A stretch of 35,485 bases of DNA from an uncultured Lachnospiraceae bacterium (GTDB taxonomy: Bacteria; Bacillota; Clostridia; Lachnospirales; Lachnospiraceae), in the NCBI GenBank assembly GCA_947178465.1, contig CAMWYL010000001.1, positions 1 through 35,485 on the forward strand. The letters run 5' to 3'. Shown here in pieces: positions 9,330 to 18,323 of the stretch (its first letter is position 1; each line of letters opens with the position of its first letter). A program made the position numbers and the translations under genes. The notes under the pieces are model-generated. The model made no database searches. It was not told where the DNA came from and was given only the letters and a program-made list of their open reading frames with translations.

Positions 9330-10063
9330 TCCTCTACCATCCCTCTGCTATTTTTTCTACTTTTTCGTTCCTCTTCAAAGATATACTTAATAATGTCTTC
9401 GCGTTCCGAATCCTTAATGTAAACAAACTTCAAGCGATTTTCATATTCATTCTCACGGTTCTCTATTTCCCTTGCATAAATCACCTTCGCGGCCAGCGTA
9501 AACTCTTTTGTTTCCTCCGACACCGTCAGCTTAAAATTCGCAAATATCAGGCTGTCCTGCCGAAAAATCTCCCTTGATACAAAACGCAGACCGCCACCGC
9601 TGATGTCAACGATAACCCCCCTCGAGAGCGTACCGTCCGTCAGCTCGCCAATGATTCCGTGTTCAACAAGAGAATAGGTCTCCTGCCGCGTCATCTCCCG
9701 CCCCCACATACCGATAATGCAGTTAAAGCGGTAATACTCTCTCCTCTGATGCTTGCGGAGGTTTGTAATCATCTCTGCTACAAGTATGTATGTACCGTTA
9801 ATTTTCTGTCTGTCAACAATCCGCACGTCCGCCTTATACATACCACCGTGTGAAAAAAAGCACACATCATAAACGCCATCCACCGGAAGCAACACCAACC
9901 GCGTCTGTTCCATCGGCATGACAATCTCAAGCTTTCCATCATCACAGATATCATATATGCTCGTTTTATAAAGTTTTATTCCCTCGGTGCCGTCCGGAAG
10001 CAGAACCTCCACTGTTGATCTCATTTCAAGCTTGTCGCCCGGCGAAATAAATTTCTCTATCAT
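9326..10063 (-). CDS. PilZ-domain flagellar brake protein (YcgR/MotI-like)
   Basis: Intact c-di-GMP-binding motifs QRREYYR (RxxxR) and DISGGG (DxSxxG). Confidence 0.88.
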   Translation of the reverse strand: MIEKFISPGDKLEMRSTVEVLLPDGTEGIKLYKTSIYDICDDGKLEIVMPMEQTRLVLLPVDGVYDVCFFSHGGMYKADVRIVDRQKINGTYILVAEMITNLRKHQRREYYRFNCIIGMWGREMTRQETYSLVEHGIIGELTDGTLSRGVIVDISGGGLRFVSREIFRQDSLIFANFKLTVSEETKEFTLAAKVIYAREIENRENEYENRLKFVYIKDSEREDIIKYIFEEERKSRKNSRGMVEE

Positions 10064-10081
10064 TGTTTCCTCCAGCTTTTA

Positions 10082-10969
10082 CTATGATTCCTTTTTCCTG
10101 TTACCGGATATAATATGGGAAAAGAATGCCGCCATTCCGCGTTTCACCAACGCTTTATCATATTCCCTATCCATCAGTATATATGCCATTTTTTCAAAAG
10201 CAACCGCCGATTTTGCATTCGGGCTCTGTATACTCACCGGCATTTGCTGCATCACAGCCTCCTCCAAACGCCTGTCCTGTGGAACTGCTCCCAGATAGGA
10301 CAGCGGGAGACTCAAATATCTGTTCACCACCGTGTTCAGCTTATTATACATAGCCTTACCGTCCGGCTCTCCCGATACCTTATTTGCAATAACCTGTATC
10401 CGCGACTTTTCCGGTTCAAACCTCGGATGGCGGGCCAACGCCTTCAACAGAGAATAGGAATCTGTAATGGAGGTCGGCTCCGGCGTCGCCACAACAAGGA
10501 TTTCCTCGCTTGCCACCAGAAACTCAAGCACTGCATCCGATATGCCTGCTCCCGTATCGATAATAATAATATCTGCCATTGCATCCAGTTTCGTAAGATT
10601 TTGTATAATGTAATTCAGATAATCGCTGTTGAGGTTCGAAAGTCCCGCAATACCGGAGCCACCCGATATAAAACCGATGTCCATAGGCCCCCATGTGATA
10701 ATGTCCGTAATACTTTTTCCTTGGTAAATTAAGTCAGAAAAATTGTGCGTCGGCACGGTTCCAAACATAATTTCAATATTCGCCAAGCCGAAATCAGCAT
10801 CCAAAATAATAACCTTATGTCCCATTTTCTTAAATTGGCATGCTAAATTGATGGATGTATTGGACTTGCCTACACCGCCCTTTCCACTTGTAACGGTTAT
10901 CACTCTTGCAGACGGTTTAGGCGCAGGATTCATTTTAATGACATTTCTCAGTTGTTCTGCTTGATCCAT
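10082..10969 (-). CDS. flhG: MinD-like flagellar number regulator FlhG
   Basis: MDQAEQLR N-terminus, SGKGGVGKS deviant Walker A, DADFGLAN, DTGAG; follows flhF. Confidence 0.92.
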   Translation of the reverse strand: MDQAEQLRNVIKMNPAPKPSARVITVTSGKGGVGKSNTSINLACQFKKMGHKVIILDADFGLANIEIMFGTVPTHNFSDLIYQGKSITDIITWGPMDIGFISGGSGIAGLSNLNSDYLNYIIQNLTKLDAMADIIIIDTGAGISDAVLEFLVASEEILVVATPEPTSITDSYSLLKALARHPRFEPEKSRIQVIANKVSGEPDGKAMYNKLNTVVNRYLSLPLSYLGAVPQDRRLEEAVMQQMPVSIQSPNAKSAVAFEKMAYILMDREYDKALVKRGMAAFFSHIISGNRKKES

Positions 10970-10988
10970 ACCTTGTCCTCCTGCCTAA

Positions 10989-12221
10989 CTAACGCCTGCC
11001 GCCAAGTAATTGCTTCACTGTGGATTGCGGATTGAAATACTCTATATCGTCAGGAACACTCTGTCCGCAGGTCACATAGGAAAGCGCCGCACCCGTGTAT
11101 ATCCTCAGGTTGTAGATATTTCCCATTGTAGCCGTCTCGTCAAGCTTTGTAAATATCAGCTTGTACTCCGCAATCTCCTTATATATATCAGCCGTTTTCA
11201 TCAGATCTCTGTACTTTGTGGAGGCAGAAAGAACAAGAAATACCTCTTTCTCGGCAACCGCGTCAACAGAGTTGATCAAATCGCTCATATTCTCACACTG
11301 TGCCTCATTGTTCGGTGAATGCCCGGTCGTATCCACTAAAATATAGTCGTACTCCCGAAACTCCTCTATTGTGCTGAGAGTTTCCTTCTCCGTATACACG
11401 ACACGGAACGGTACCTCCAGGATATTCGCATAGGTACGAAGCTGCTCCGCAGCCGCGATTCGGTAGGTGTCAGCCGTCAGAAGCGCTACCTTCTTCTTGC
11501 GTTCTACCCGAAAGGAGGACGCAATCTTCGCAATTGTCGTCGTCTTACCTACACCCGTAGGGCCTACAAAAAACACTACCTTCGGCCCGCGCTCCGCTTC
11601 ACGCATCACATAGGGCTTTCCCAGCTTCAAAATCATTCTCTGATAAATCTCAGACAGCATATAGTCCAAGGTCACATCCGGCTTACAGTTCCTGTCAATC
11701 TCGTCAATGATCTCGTTGGCATATTTCTCATTGATCTCGTTATCGATCATCTTATTGTACAAAAGTCTGAGAAAATTGACGCGTGCCTTGTCCTCCTTAC
11801 TCTCTTCCTTCTTCTCAGGCTCTTCAGGTTTATTGCTCTCCTCTGCAACAGGGGCTGCCTCCTGTTGCCGCACAGTCTGCTGCTGCGAAATCTGCTTCTC
11901 GATAAGATTTTGAAGAGTGTCCAGCTTCTCCTCAAGCCCATCGCCGTCCTTGTCCGGCTCCCGCTCCAACACCGGCTTTTCTACCGGCTTCTCCACAGGC
12001 GGCTTTATTTCTTTCTTCTCTTCTTTTGGAAGGATTCCGTACCGCTCGTTCTCCTCTTCCTTGGCTACCGTGACTTCTATCTTCGTTCCCTTAAACATGC
12101 CTAGAAACCCTTTGGACTTCACGGTCTTGACGTTCATCTCGACAATCCCGTCCCCAAGCTCCTTGCGCGCGCTCTCCAGCGCCTCTTCCTTTGTCTTACC
12201 CTGAAATTTCTTAATTATCAT
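10989..12221 (-). CDS. flhF: SRP-type GTPase FlhF
   Basis: GPTGVGKTTT, DTYRIAA, DTTG, TKLDE, GQSVPDDI motifs. Confidence 0.95.
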   Translation of the reverse strand: MIIKKFQGKTKEEALESARKELGDGIVEMNVKTVKSKGFLGMFKGTKIEVTVAKEEENERYGILPKEEKKEIKPPVEKPVEKPVLEREPDKDGDGLEEKLDTLQNLIEKQISQQQTVRQQEAAPVAEESNKPEEPEKKEESKEDKARVNFLRLLYNKMIDNEINEKYANEIIDEIDRNCKPDVTLDYMLSEIYQRMILKLGKPYVMREAERGPKVVFFVGPTGVGKTTTIAKIASSFRVERKKKVALLTADTYRIAAAEQLRTYANILEVPFRVVYTEKETLSTIEEFREYDYILVDTTGHSPNNEAQCENMSDLINSVDAVAEKEVFLVLSASTKYRDLMKTADIYKEIAEYKLIFTKLDETATMGNIYNLRIYTGAALSYVTCGQSVPDDIEYFNPQSTVKQLLGGRR

Positions 12222-14251
12222 GCTGTCACCATTCCTACTGATTGTAATTCAACATTAGAGTCTATCTCATTGTACGAAACAACCACCAAATCCTTATAGT
12301 AATCCTCTGTCAGCCGCTTAAAATACATTCTGACAATCGGAGAGGTAATGATAATCGGATTCTTCCCCAGCTTCTCAAGTTTACCGACCTCCGTCTCCAC
12401 GGAAGCCATGATAGACTTGGTCTTGTCCGGATCCAATGTCAGATAAGCGCCCTGCTCCGTCTGCTTCACGCTGCCCATAATCTCCTGCTCCAACGCAGGA
12501 TCAAGCGTCACAACGCTCGTCGTCTCGTTCAGTGGGAAATACTTGTTTGAGATCGCCCGCTTCAAACTCTGGCGCACATATTCCGTCAAAATATCCGTAT
12601 CTCGCGTGGTCGGCGCATGGTCAGCCAGCGTTTCGAATATTGTAACCAAATCCCTGACGGAAATACCTTCTTTCAGGAGGTTCTGCAATACCTTCTGGAC
12701 ATCTCCAAGCCCCAAAAGCTTCGGCACAAGCTCCTCCACAAGTGAAGGATTCGTCTCCTTGACATTGTTGACAAGGTTCTGGATATCCTGTCTTGTGAGC
12801 AGATCCGCAAGGTACTGACGGATAATCTCCGTCAGATGTGTCGCGATAATGGAAGGCGGGTCAACAACCGTGTAGCCCACGCTCTCCGCGCGCTCTCTCT
12901 GTCCCTCCGTAATCCAGATAGCCGGAAGGTGGAAGGACGGCTCAAAGGTCGGAATACCGGAAATCTCCTCCTCAACAAACCCGGGGTTCATCGCCATATA
13001 ATGATCAAACAAAATCTCACCTTCGCTGACCTGTATGCCCTTTATCTTGATAATATACTGATTCGGATTCAACTGAATGTTATCCCGCAATCGGATAATC
13101 GGAACGACGGTACCAAGCTCCAACGCAATCTGCCGACGTATCATAACAACACGGTCCAGCAGGTCACCGCCCTGATTGACATCCGCAAGCGGGATAATAC
13201 CGTAACCGAACTCCAACTCTATCGGGTCAACCTGAAGCAGGGAATTGACGTTCTCCGGCTTACGGATCTCATCCGCGCTCTCCTCCATCGTATCCGTCTC
13301 GGCTTCAATCTGCGCAACCTCGATCGTATTGGCAATTATCCGCCCGCAGATAATAAATACCGCACCCATAATAACGAAAATTAACGGGTTCAACGGCGTC
13401 ACGATTCCCAAGAACGCAAGCACCGCACCTACCATATAAAGCACCTTCGGCATACCGAAAAGCTGGCTTACAAGCACGGTACCGAAATCCGCCTCCTTGG
13501 AGCCCTTCGTTACCAAAACACCTGTTGCCAACGAAATCAGCAGTGAGGGAATCTGGCTCACCAGACCGTCACCAATCGTAAGAATCAAATATTTGTCCGC
13601 AGCCGCACCGATATCCATCCCCTGCCTGAGCATACCCGTAACAATACCACCGACAATATTAATACCTGTAATAATAAGACCGGCCGCCGCATCTCCCTTT
13701 ACATACTTCACGGCACCGTCCATAGAACCGAAAAAGCTCGATTCATCCTGAAGCTTCTCCCTGCGTCTCTTTGCCTCCGCATCGTCAATCGCACCGGTAT
13801 TCAAGTCCGCGTCAATCGCCATCTGCTTACCGGGCATCGCGTCCAAGGTAAAACGCGCCGTTACCTCTGCGACACGTTCTGAACCCTTGTTAATAACCAC
13901 AAACTGTACAATCAATAAGATAACAAATATGACAACACCGACAACCAAATCGCCTGCGCCTACGAATTGTCCAAAGGTCGTAACAACGTTTCCCGGATTA
14001 CCGGTTGTCAGAATAAGTCGTGTGGATGATACGTTCAGCGCAATTCTGAAGAGCGTCGTAAACAGCAAAATCGTCGGATAAAATGACATATCCAGAACTT
14101 CCTTCGCAAACATTGCCGTAAAAAGAACAGTAAATGCAATCGAAATATTTAACGCCAACAGAACATCCAGCATTGTACTGGTAATCGGCACAATCAACAT
14201 GACTACAGCGGACAACACATATAACGCTACACCTATATCGGCTTTTTTCAT
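12218..14251 (-). CDS. flhA: flagellar export apparatus protein FlhA
   Basis: ERVAEVTARFTLDAMPGKQMAIDADL FHIPEP motif, GSMDGA.K.VKGDA. Confidence 0.97.
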   Translation of the reverse strand: MKKADIGVALYVLSAVVMLIVPITSTMLDVLLALNISIAFTVLFTAMFAKEVLDMSFYPTILLFTTLFRIALNVSSTRLILTTGNPGNVVTTFGQFVGAGDLVVGVVIFVILLIVQFVVINKGSERVAEVTARFTLDAMPGKQMAIDADLNTGAIDDAEAKRRREKLQDESSFFGSMDGAVKYVKGDAAAGLIITGINIVGGIVTGMLRQGMDIGAAADKYLILTIGDGLVSQIPSLLISLATGVLVTKGSKEADFGTVLVSQLFGMPKVLYMVGAVLAFLGIVTPLNPLIFVIMGAVFIICGRIIANTIEVAQIEAETDTMEESADEIRKPENVNSLLQVDPIELEFGYGIIPLADVNQGGDLLDRVVMIRRQIALELGTVVPIIRLRDNIQLNPNQYIIKIKGIQVSEGEILFDHYMAMNPGFVEEEISGIPTFEPSFHLPAIWITEGQRERAESVGYTVVDPPSIIATHLTEIIRQYLADLLTRQDIQNLVNNVKETNPSLVEELVPKLLGLGDVQKVLQNLLKEGISVRDLVTIFETLADHAPTTRDTDILTEYVRQSLKRAISNKYFPLNETTSVVTLDPALEQEIMGSVKQTEQGAYLTLDPDKTKSIMASVETEVGKLEKLGKNPIIITSPIVRMYFKRLTEDYYKDLVVVSYNEIDSNVELQSVGMVTA

Positions 14252-14402
14252 GTCTTTCGTTTCCCCCTTTAAGGGCGTCTCTTCTTAATGGCCCCCAAAT
14301 ACTCCCATTTTCCTTTTTATATAAATTATCGCATATTTGGTGTAAAAAGTACATAATCAAACGCAATTTTTTTCAAAAAGAATGCGGGAACTTTTCCCAA
14401 CC

Positions 14403-15515
14403 TTAAATTCGTCCCTGCATTTTGTAGACCATTGCAAGAACCTCCGCAACCGCCTGATACAATTCCGGCGGCACCTCCTCGCCAACCTCCACGTTCGCGT
14501 AAAGCATTCTGGCGAGTGGCTTATTTTCCACGATTTCCACGTTATTTTCCCTTGCAAGCTCCTTGATCTTCTGTGCCAGATAGTCCGCACCCTTAGCAAG
14601 CACCCGCGGCGCCGATGCCTCCTCCGGATTATATCGGACAGCCACCGCAAAATGTGTCGGATTCGTGATGACCACGTCGGCACTTGGTACATCCTGCATC
14701 ATACGCCTCTGAGAAGCCTCTCTCATCTTGTTACGGATTTTACCCTTAATCTGTGGGTCTCCTTCGGCGTTCTTATACTCGTCCTTTACCTCCTGCTTCG
14801 TCATCTTGATATCCTTGTTGAACTTATATCGCTGATAGATTAAGTCAACAAAAGCAATAATCAGATAAACCAACGAAATCCGAAGGCCGGTATTAATCAC
14901 AATGCTCCCGATTACCTCAAGGGCCTGATTGAGCGGCATACCGTAAAACTTGAAAAGATACACCCACTCGTCCTTTACCGTGGAATAAACAATCGCGGTA
15001 ATCAGGATCACCTTCGCAATGGACTTTAAAAGCTCCATCAGCTTCTCCGCAGAAAACATTCTCTTGAATCCGGAAAGCGGATTCAGCTTGCTGAACTTCG
15101 GTTGCAAAGGCTTCGTCGAAATCTTAAAGCGAAACTGAAGCATATTGATAATGAATGCAAGGGCGATACCGACCACAAAAAACGGAATCAGCTCTATCAA
15201 AAGCTCCAGATAAACGTTCTTTATCAATGTATGGAAATCCTGTGAGATAATCATACCGCTCCAATAAGTGGTATATGCAGGCAGCTTCTCATACACCATT
15301 CCGAAAAGTCCTATAAAACGCTCTCCCATTTTTCCTACCCAGAACTTTAAAATCAGGAAAAGCGCAATCAGTTCCACCGCGTTTGACAGTTCTTTACTTT
15401 TCGGGACCTTACCTTCTTTTCGGGTATCCTCTTTCTTCTTGGTGGTAGCTTCTTCTGTTTTCTCCCCGCCCGGTCCCTCTGCCGCGAAGAACTGTAAATT
15501 TAACTCCAAAATCAC
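14403..15515 (-). CDS. flhB: flagellar export substrate-specificity switch FlhB
   Basis: EKTEEAT, KMTKQEVKDEYK..EGDP, NPTH autocleavage site. Start moved to GTG 15515 (GGAGGG RBS, overlapping the fliR TGA). Confidence 0.95.
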   Translation of the reverse strand: MILELNLQFFAAEGPGGEKTEEATTKKKEDTRKEGKVPKSKELSNAVELIALFLILKFWVGKMGERFIGLFGMVYEKLPAYTTYWSGMIISQDFHTLIKNVYLELLIELIPFFVVGIALAFIINMLQFRFKISTKPLQPKFSKLNPLSGFKRMFSAEKLMELLKSIAKVILITAIVYSTVKDEWVYLFKFYGMPLNQALEVIGSIVINTGLRISLVYLIIAFVDLIYQRYKFNKDIKMTKQEVKDEYKNAEGDPQIKGKIRNKMREASQRRMMQDVPSADVVITNPTHFAVAVRYNPEEASAPRVLAKGADYLAQKIKELARENNVEIVENKPLARMLYANVEVGEEVPPELYQAVAEVLAMVYKMQGRI

Positions 15516-16294
15516 ATCATACCCTCCACCATTGCGACCACCATGATCCGCACCTGCGTTGTTATAAAGTTGCAGATATCCGGAAGCATCCTTATCGTTA
15601 GCAGAAGCACGCTCAGCCCCGCCAGCAACTTCAATTGAATACCGACGGAAAACATGTTCATCTGCGGCGCAAGTTTTGCCAACAGGCCCAATACCACATT
15701 CATCAGCGTGATACACGCAAAGACCGGCAGACATATCCGAAAACCGATAATAATATAATCACTGAGAAACCGTATCAATGATGCAAGCAGACTTTCCAAA
15801 TTGAAATGTACGCCTCCTACGGGAATCAGTGTATAGGTCTCCATCAGGGCCTTCATAAAATACCGATGCAGTCCCGTTGTATAGAGAATCAAAAGCACAC
15901 CATACTGCAAAATCATACCGGTTATAGAGGCCTGTTCATTCGTCGTCGGGTCAAATACATTCGCCATCGACAGGCCGATTTCCATATCCATAATTCTTCC
16001 TGCAAATAAAACAATGGAAGTACACAGTTGAGCCCCCAAACCGATCAATAGGCCTACCGCCACTTCCTCTATCACAATTATACAATATCCAAGCACTGTA
16101 CCGTATTCCGGAAGCGTCTCCAAAGGTCCAAAGGAATATATCAGATATGCCACAAATACGCTCAGTGCTATTTTTACGTTATTGGGGATTCCTCTTGTGC
16201 TGAAAAACGGAGCTGCAAATACAAAGCTTGCCACCCTCACAAAGACCAACAGGCACAACTCCAGTTCAGCCATCGAAAAAGATAATCTTACCAT
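15512..16294 (-). CDS. fliR: flagellar export protein FliR
   Basis: Polytopic membrane protein with AG..MD..IGLSMANVFDP and APQMNMF.VG; ATG 16294 behind AGGTGA (alternative GTG 16303). Confidence 0.93.
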   Translation of the reverse strand: MVRLSFSMAELELCLLVFVRVASFVFAAPFFSTRGIPNNVKIALSVFVAYLIYSFGPLETLPEYGTVLGYCIIVIEEVAVGLLIGLGAQLCTSIVLFAGRIMDMEIGLSMANVFDPTTNEQASITGMILQYGVLLILYTTGLHRYFMKALMETYTLIPVGGVHFNLESLLASLIRFLSDYIIIGFRICLPVFACITLMNVVLGLLAKLAPQMNMFSVGIQLKLLAGLSVLLLTIRMLPDICNFITTQVRIMVVAMVEGMM

Positions 16295-16299
16295 CGTTA

Positions 16300-16569
16300 T
16301 CACCTAATATATACAGAAAAATTCTGCCATAAATTAGTCATATAGGTCACCATCTGATTCAGCATCCAATGCCCCAAAAGCATCAATATCAGAAACATGC
16401 CGACCACCTTCGGCACAAAAGTAAGCGTCTGCTCCTGAATCGAAGTAACCGTCTGAAAAATACTGACCGCCAAACCGATTACCAACGAGACCAACAACGG
16501 CGGCGCCGCCGTCTTTAACACGACAAACAGCCCCTCCTGCATAATATCCGTAACTGTTTCTATTGTCAT
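16300..16569 (-). CDS. fliQ: flagellar export protein FliQ
   Basis: FQTVTSIQEQTLTFVPK motif. Confidence 0.95.
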   Translation of the reverse strand: MTIETVTDIMQEGLFVVLKTAAPPLLVSLVIGLAVSIFQTVTSIQEQTLTFVPKVVGMFLILMLLGHWMLNQMVTYMTNLWQNFSVYIR

Positions 16570-16599
16570 ACTACAACCATGCCCTTCCCCATTCTAACC

Positions 16600-17502
16600 T
16601 TACATAAATGTCCGCACAAGATAAACAATAATCAGATTCCACCCGTCTGCCAGCACAAAAAGCAAAATTTTGAACGGCATGGAAATCGTTGTCGGCGGAA
16701 GCATCATCATACCCATACTCATCAGAACGGATGCAACCACCATATCTATCACGATGAACGGCACGTAGATTACAAATCCCATAATGAATGCCGAACGCAG
16801 CTCACTGATAATAAATCCCGGTATCAATACAGATGTCGGAACCTGAGCAAGCGTCTCGCCATCCCAAGGCGTATTGGACATCTCCATAAAGGTCGCTATA
16901 TCCTGTCGCTGCGTCTGTTCAAACATAAACTCCCGCATCGGAGCCGCCGCAACTTCCATGGCTTCCTCGAACTCCAGCTCTCCGGCTTCAAAAGGAAGCA
17001 CCGCCTCCGTATATACCTGACTGAACACCGGCTGCATGATAAAAAAAGTCAAGAATAACGAAATCGCAATTAACACTTGATTCGGCGGCGCAGACTGCGT
17101 GTTTAAAGCCTGCCTCGTGAAATGCAGAACTATGAGGATACGCGTAAACGAGGTAACCGTCACCAACAAAATCGGTACGATTGCGATTGCTGTCAGAATC
17201 AACATCAGCCGCAACATACCGTTCAGCTCTCCGTTCCCACTGCTATATGAAAAAGTCAGACTGTTCGATATATTCAGATCCGCCAGATCCTCCGGTGTCT
17301 GCGCACTTCCCGGTTCATTGATATTCGTCCGGTTCTCATCCACCGGCCGCTCATCCAAAATCTGACCTGCCGTAATATCGTCATCGGCTGTGGCGCTCGC
17401 CACAACAACATCTGCAGCCGTAATTGTCACTACCATAAAAAGCATATACAGTAATTTTCTCAACTCATGCTTTATATTGTACTTTTTACTTGTGTCTTTC
17501 AT
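16600..17502 (-). CDS. fliP: flagellar export protein FliP
   Basis: TSFTRI.IV, PPNQVL, LMSMGMMMLPP..ISMPFKILLFVLADGW; start uncertain (ATG 17502 or GTG 17514). Confidence 0.94.
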   Translation of the reverse strand: MKDTSKKYNIKHELRKLLYMLFMVVTITAADVVVASATADDDITAGQILDERPVDENRTNINEPGSAQTPEDLADLNISNSLTFSYSSGNGELNGMLRLMLILTAIAIVPILLVTVTSFTRILIVLHFTRQALNTQSAPPNQVLIAISLFLTFFIMQPVFSQVYTEAVLPFEAGELEFEEAMEVAAAPMREFMFEQTQRQDIATFMEMSNTPWDGETLAQVPTSVLIPGFIISELRSAFIMGFVIYVPFIVIDMVVASVLMSMGMMMLPPTTISMPFKILLFVLADGWNLIIVYLVRTFM

Positions 17503-17550
17503 AACAATAATCACAACTTTCCGTAACGTTTCAGGACTATGCCCATCTTA

Positions 17551-17910
17551 TTACTTTTTGAGCTTATCGAAAATCTCCTTAAAACTCACATTCATTGCTT
17601 TGCCTGTCTCCGCCTTGTTAAACTCAGAAATGTCATCCTTTGTTAATTCCCCAAGTAAAGTGACTGTATCCTTACAGACCACATAGGAAAAATACTTCTC
17701 ACCGATTCGCACAACCTGAATATATTTGGTCGGTGCTATCCTGAATGTCTCCAGAATTTCCACATTCGGACTGAACATCCTGCCCTTCTGAATCCCCACA
17801 GACAGCTTCGTCACAAAATATGTAAGCGCCAACACAAATATAAAAATCAGTACGACTGTCAACAATTGTACAATGGAGTCAAACCTGTTTGTTGTCAATG
17901 ATAAAAGCAT
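17551..17910 (-). CDS. fliO: flagellar biosynthesis protein FliO/FliZ
   Basis: Single N-terminal TM helix then a short beta-rich domain; position between cheY and fliP. Confidence 0.8.
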   Translation of the reverse strand: MLLSLTTNRFDSIVQLLTVVLIFIFVLALTYFVTKLSVGIQKGRMFSPNVEILETFRIAPTKYIQVVRIGEKYFSYVVCKDTVTLLGELTKDDISEFNKAETGKAMNVSFKEIFDKLKK

Positions 17911-17927
17911 AATTACCTCTGGCAGTC

Positions 17928-18290
17928 CTAACCGACTACCTTCTTAACCGCCTCCAAAACTCTCTCGGCCTGGAACGGTTTTACAATAAAGTCCTTTGCA
18001 CCGGACTGAATTGCCTCAATAACCATCGCCTGCTGACCCATCGCTGAACACATGATTACATTCGCGGCAGGATCAACAGCCTTAATCGCCTTTAATGCCT
18101 GAATACCATCCATCTCCGGCATGGTAATATCAAGAAGAGTAAGATCAGGAGTAGCCTCCTTATACTTATCCACCGCGATTTTGCCGTTCTCAGCTTCTGC
18201 AGCAATCTCATATCCGTTCTTTGTAAGGATATCCTTAATCATCATTCTCATAAAAGCTGCATCGTCTACGATAAGAATTCTCTTTGCCAT
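17928..18290 (-). CDS. cheY: chemotaxis response regulator CheY
   Basis: ILIVDDAAFMRMM, LDITMPEMDG, CSAMGQQ, VKPF; start MAKRIL at 18290. Confidence 0.95.
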   Translation of the reverse strand: MAKRILIVDDAAFMRMMIKDILTKNGYEIAAEAENGKIAVDKYKEATPDLTLLDITMPEMDGIQALKAIKAVDPAANVIMCSAMGQQAMVIEAIQSGAKDFIVKPFQAERVLEAVKKVVG

Positions 18291-18323
18291 ATTTCTTTTA
18301 TCCTTTCTGAAATCAATCAATAA

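Noticed and set aside
15516-15734. 73-aa N-terminal extension of FlhB in the ORF track
   Set aside because: Overlaps fliR; a GTG with a good RBS at 15515 gives a normal FlhB start.
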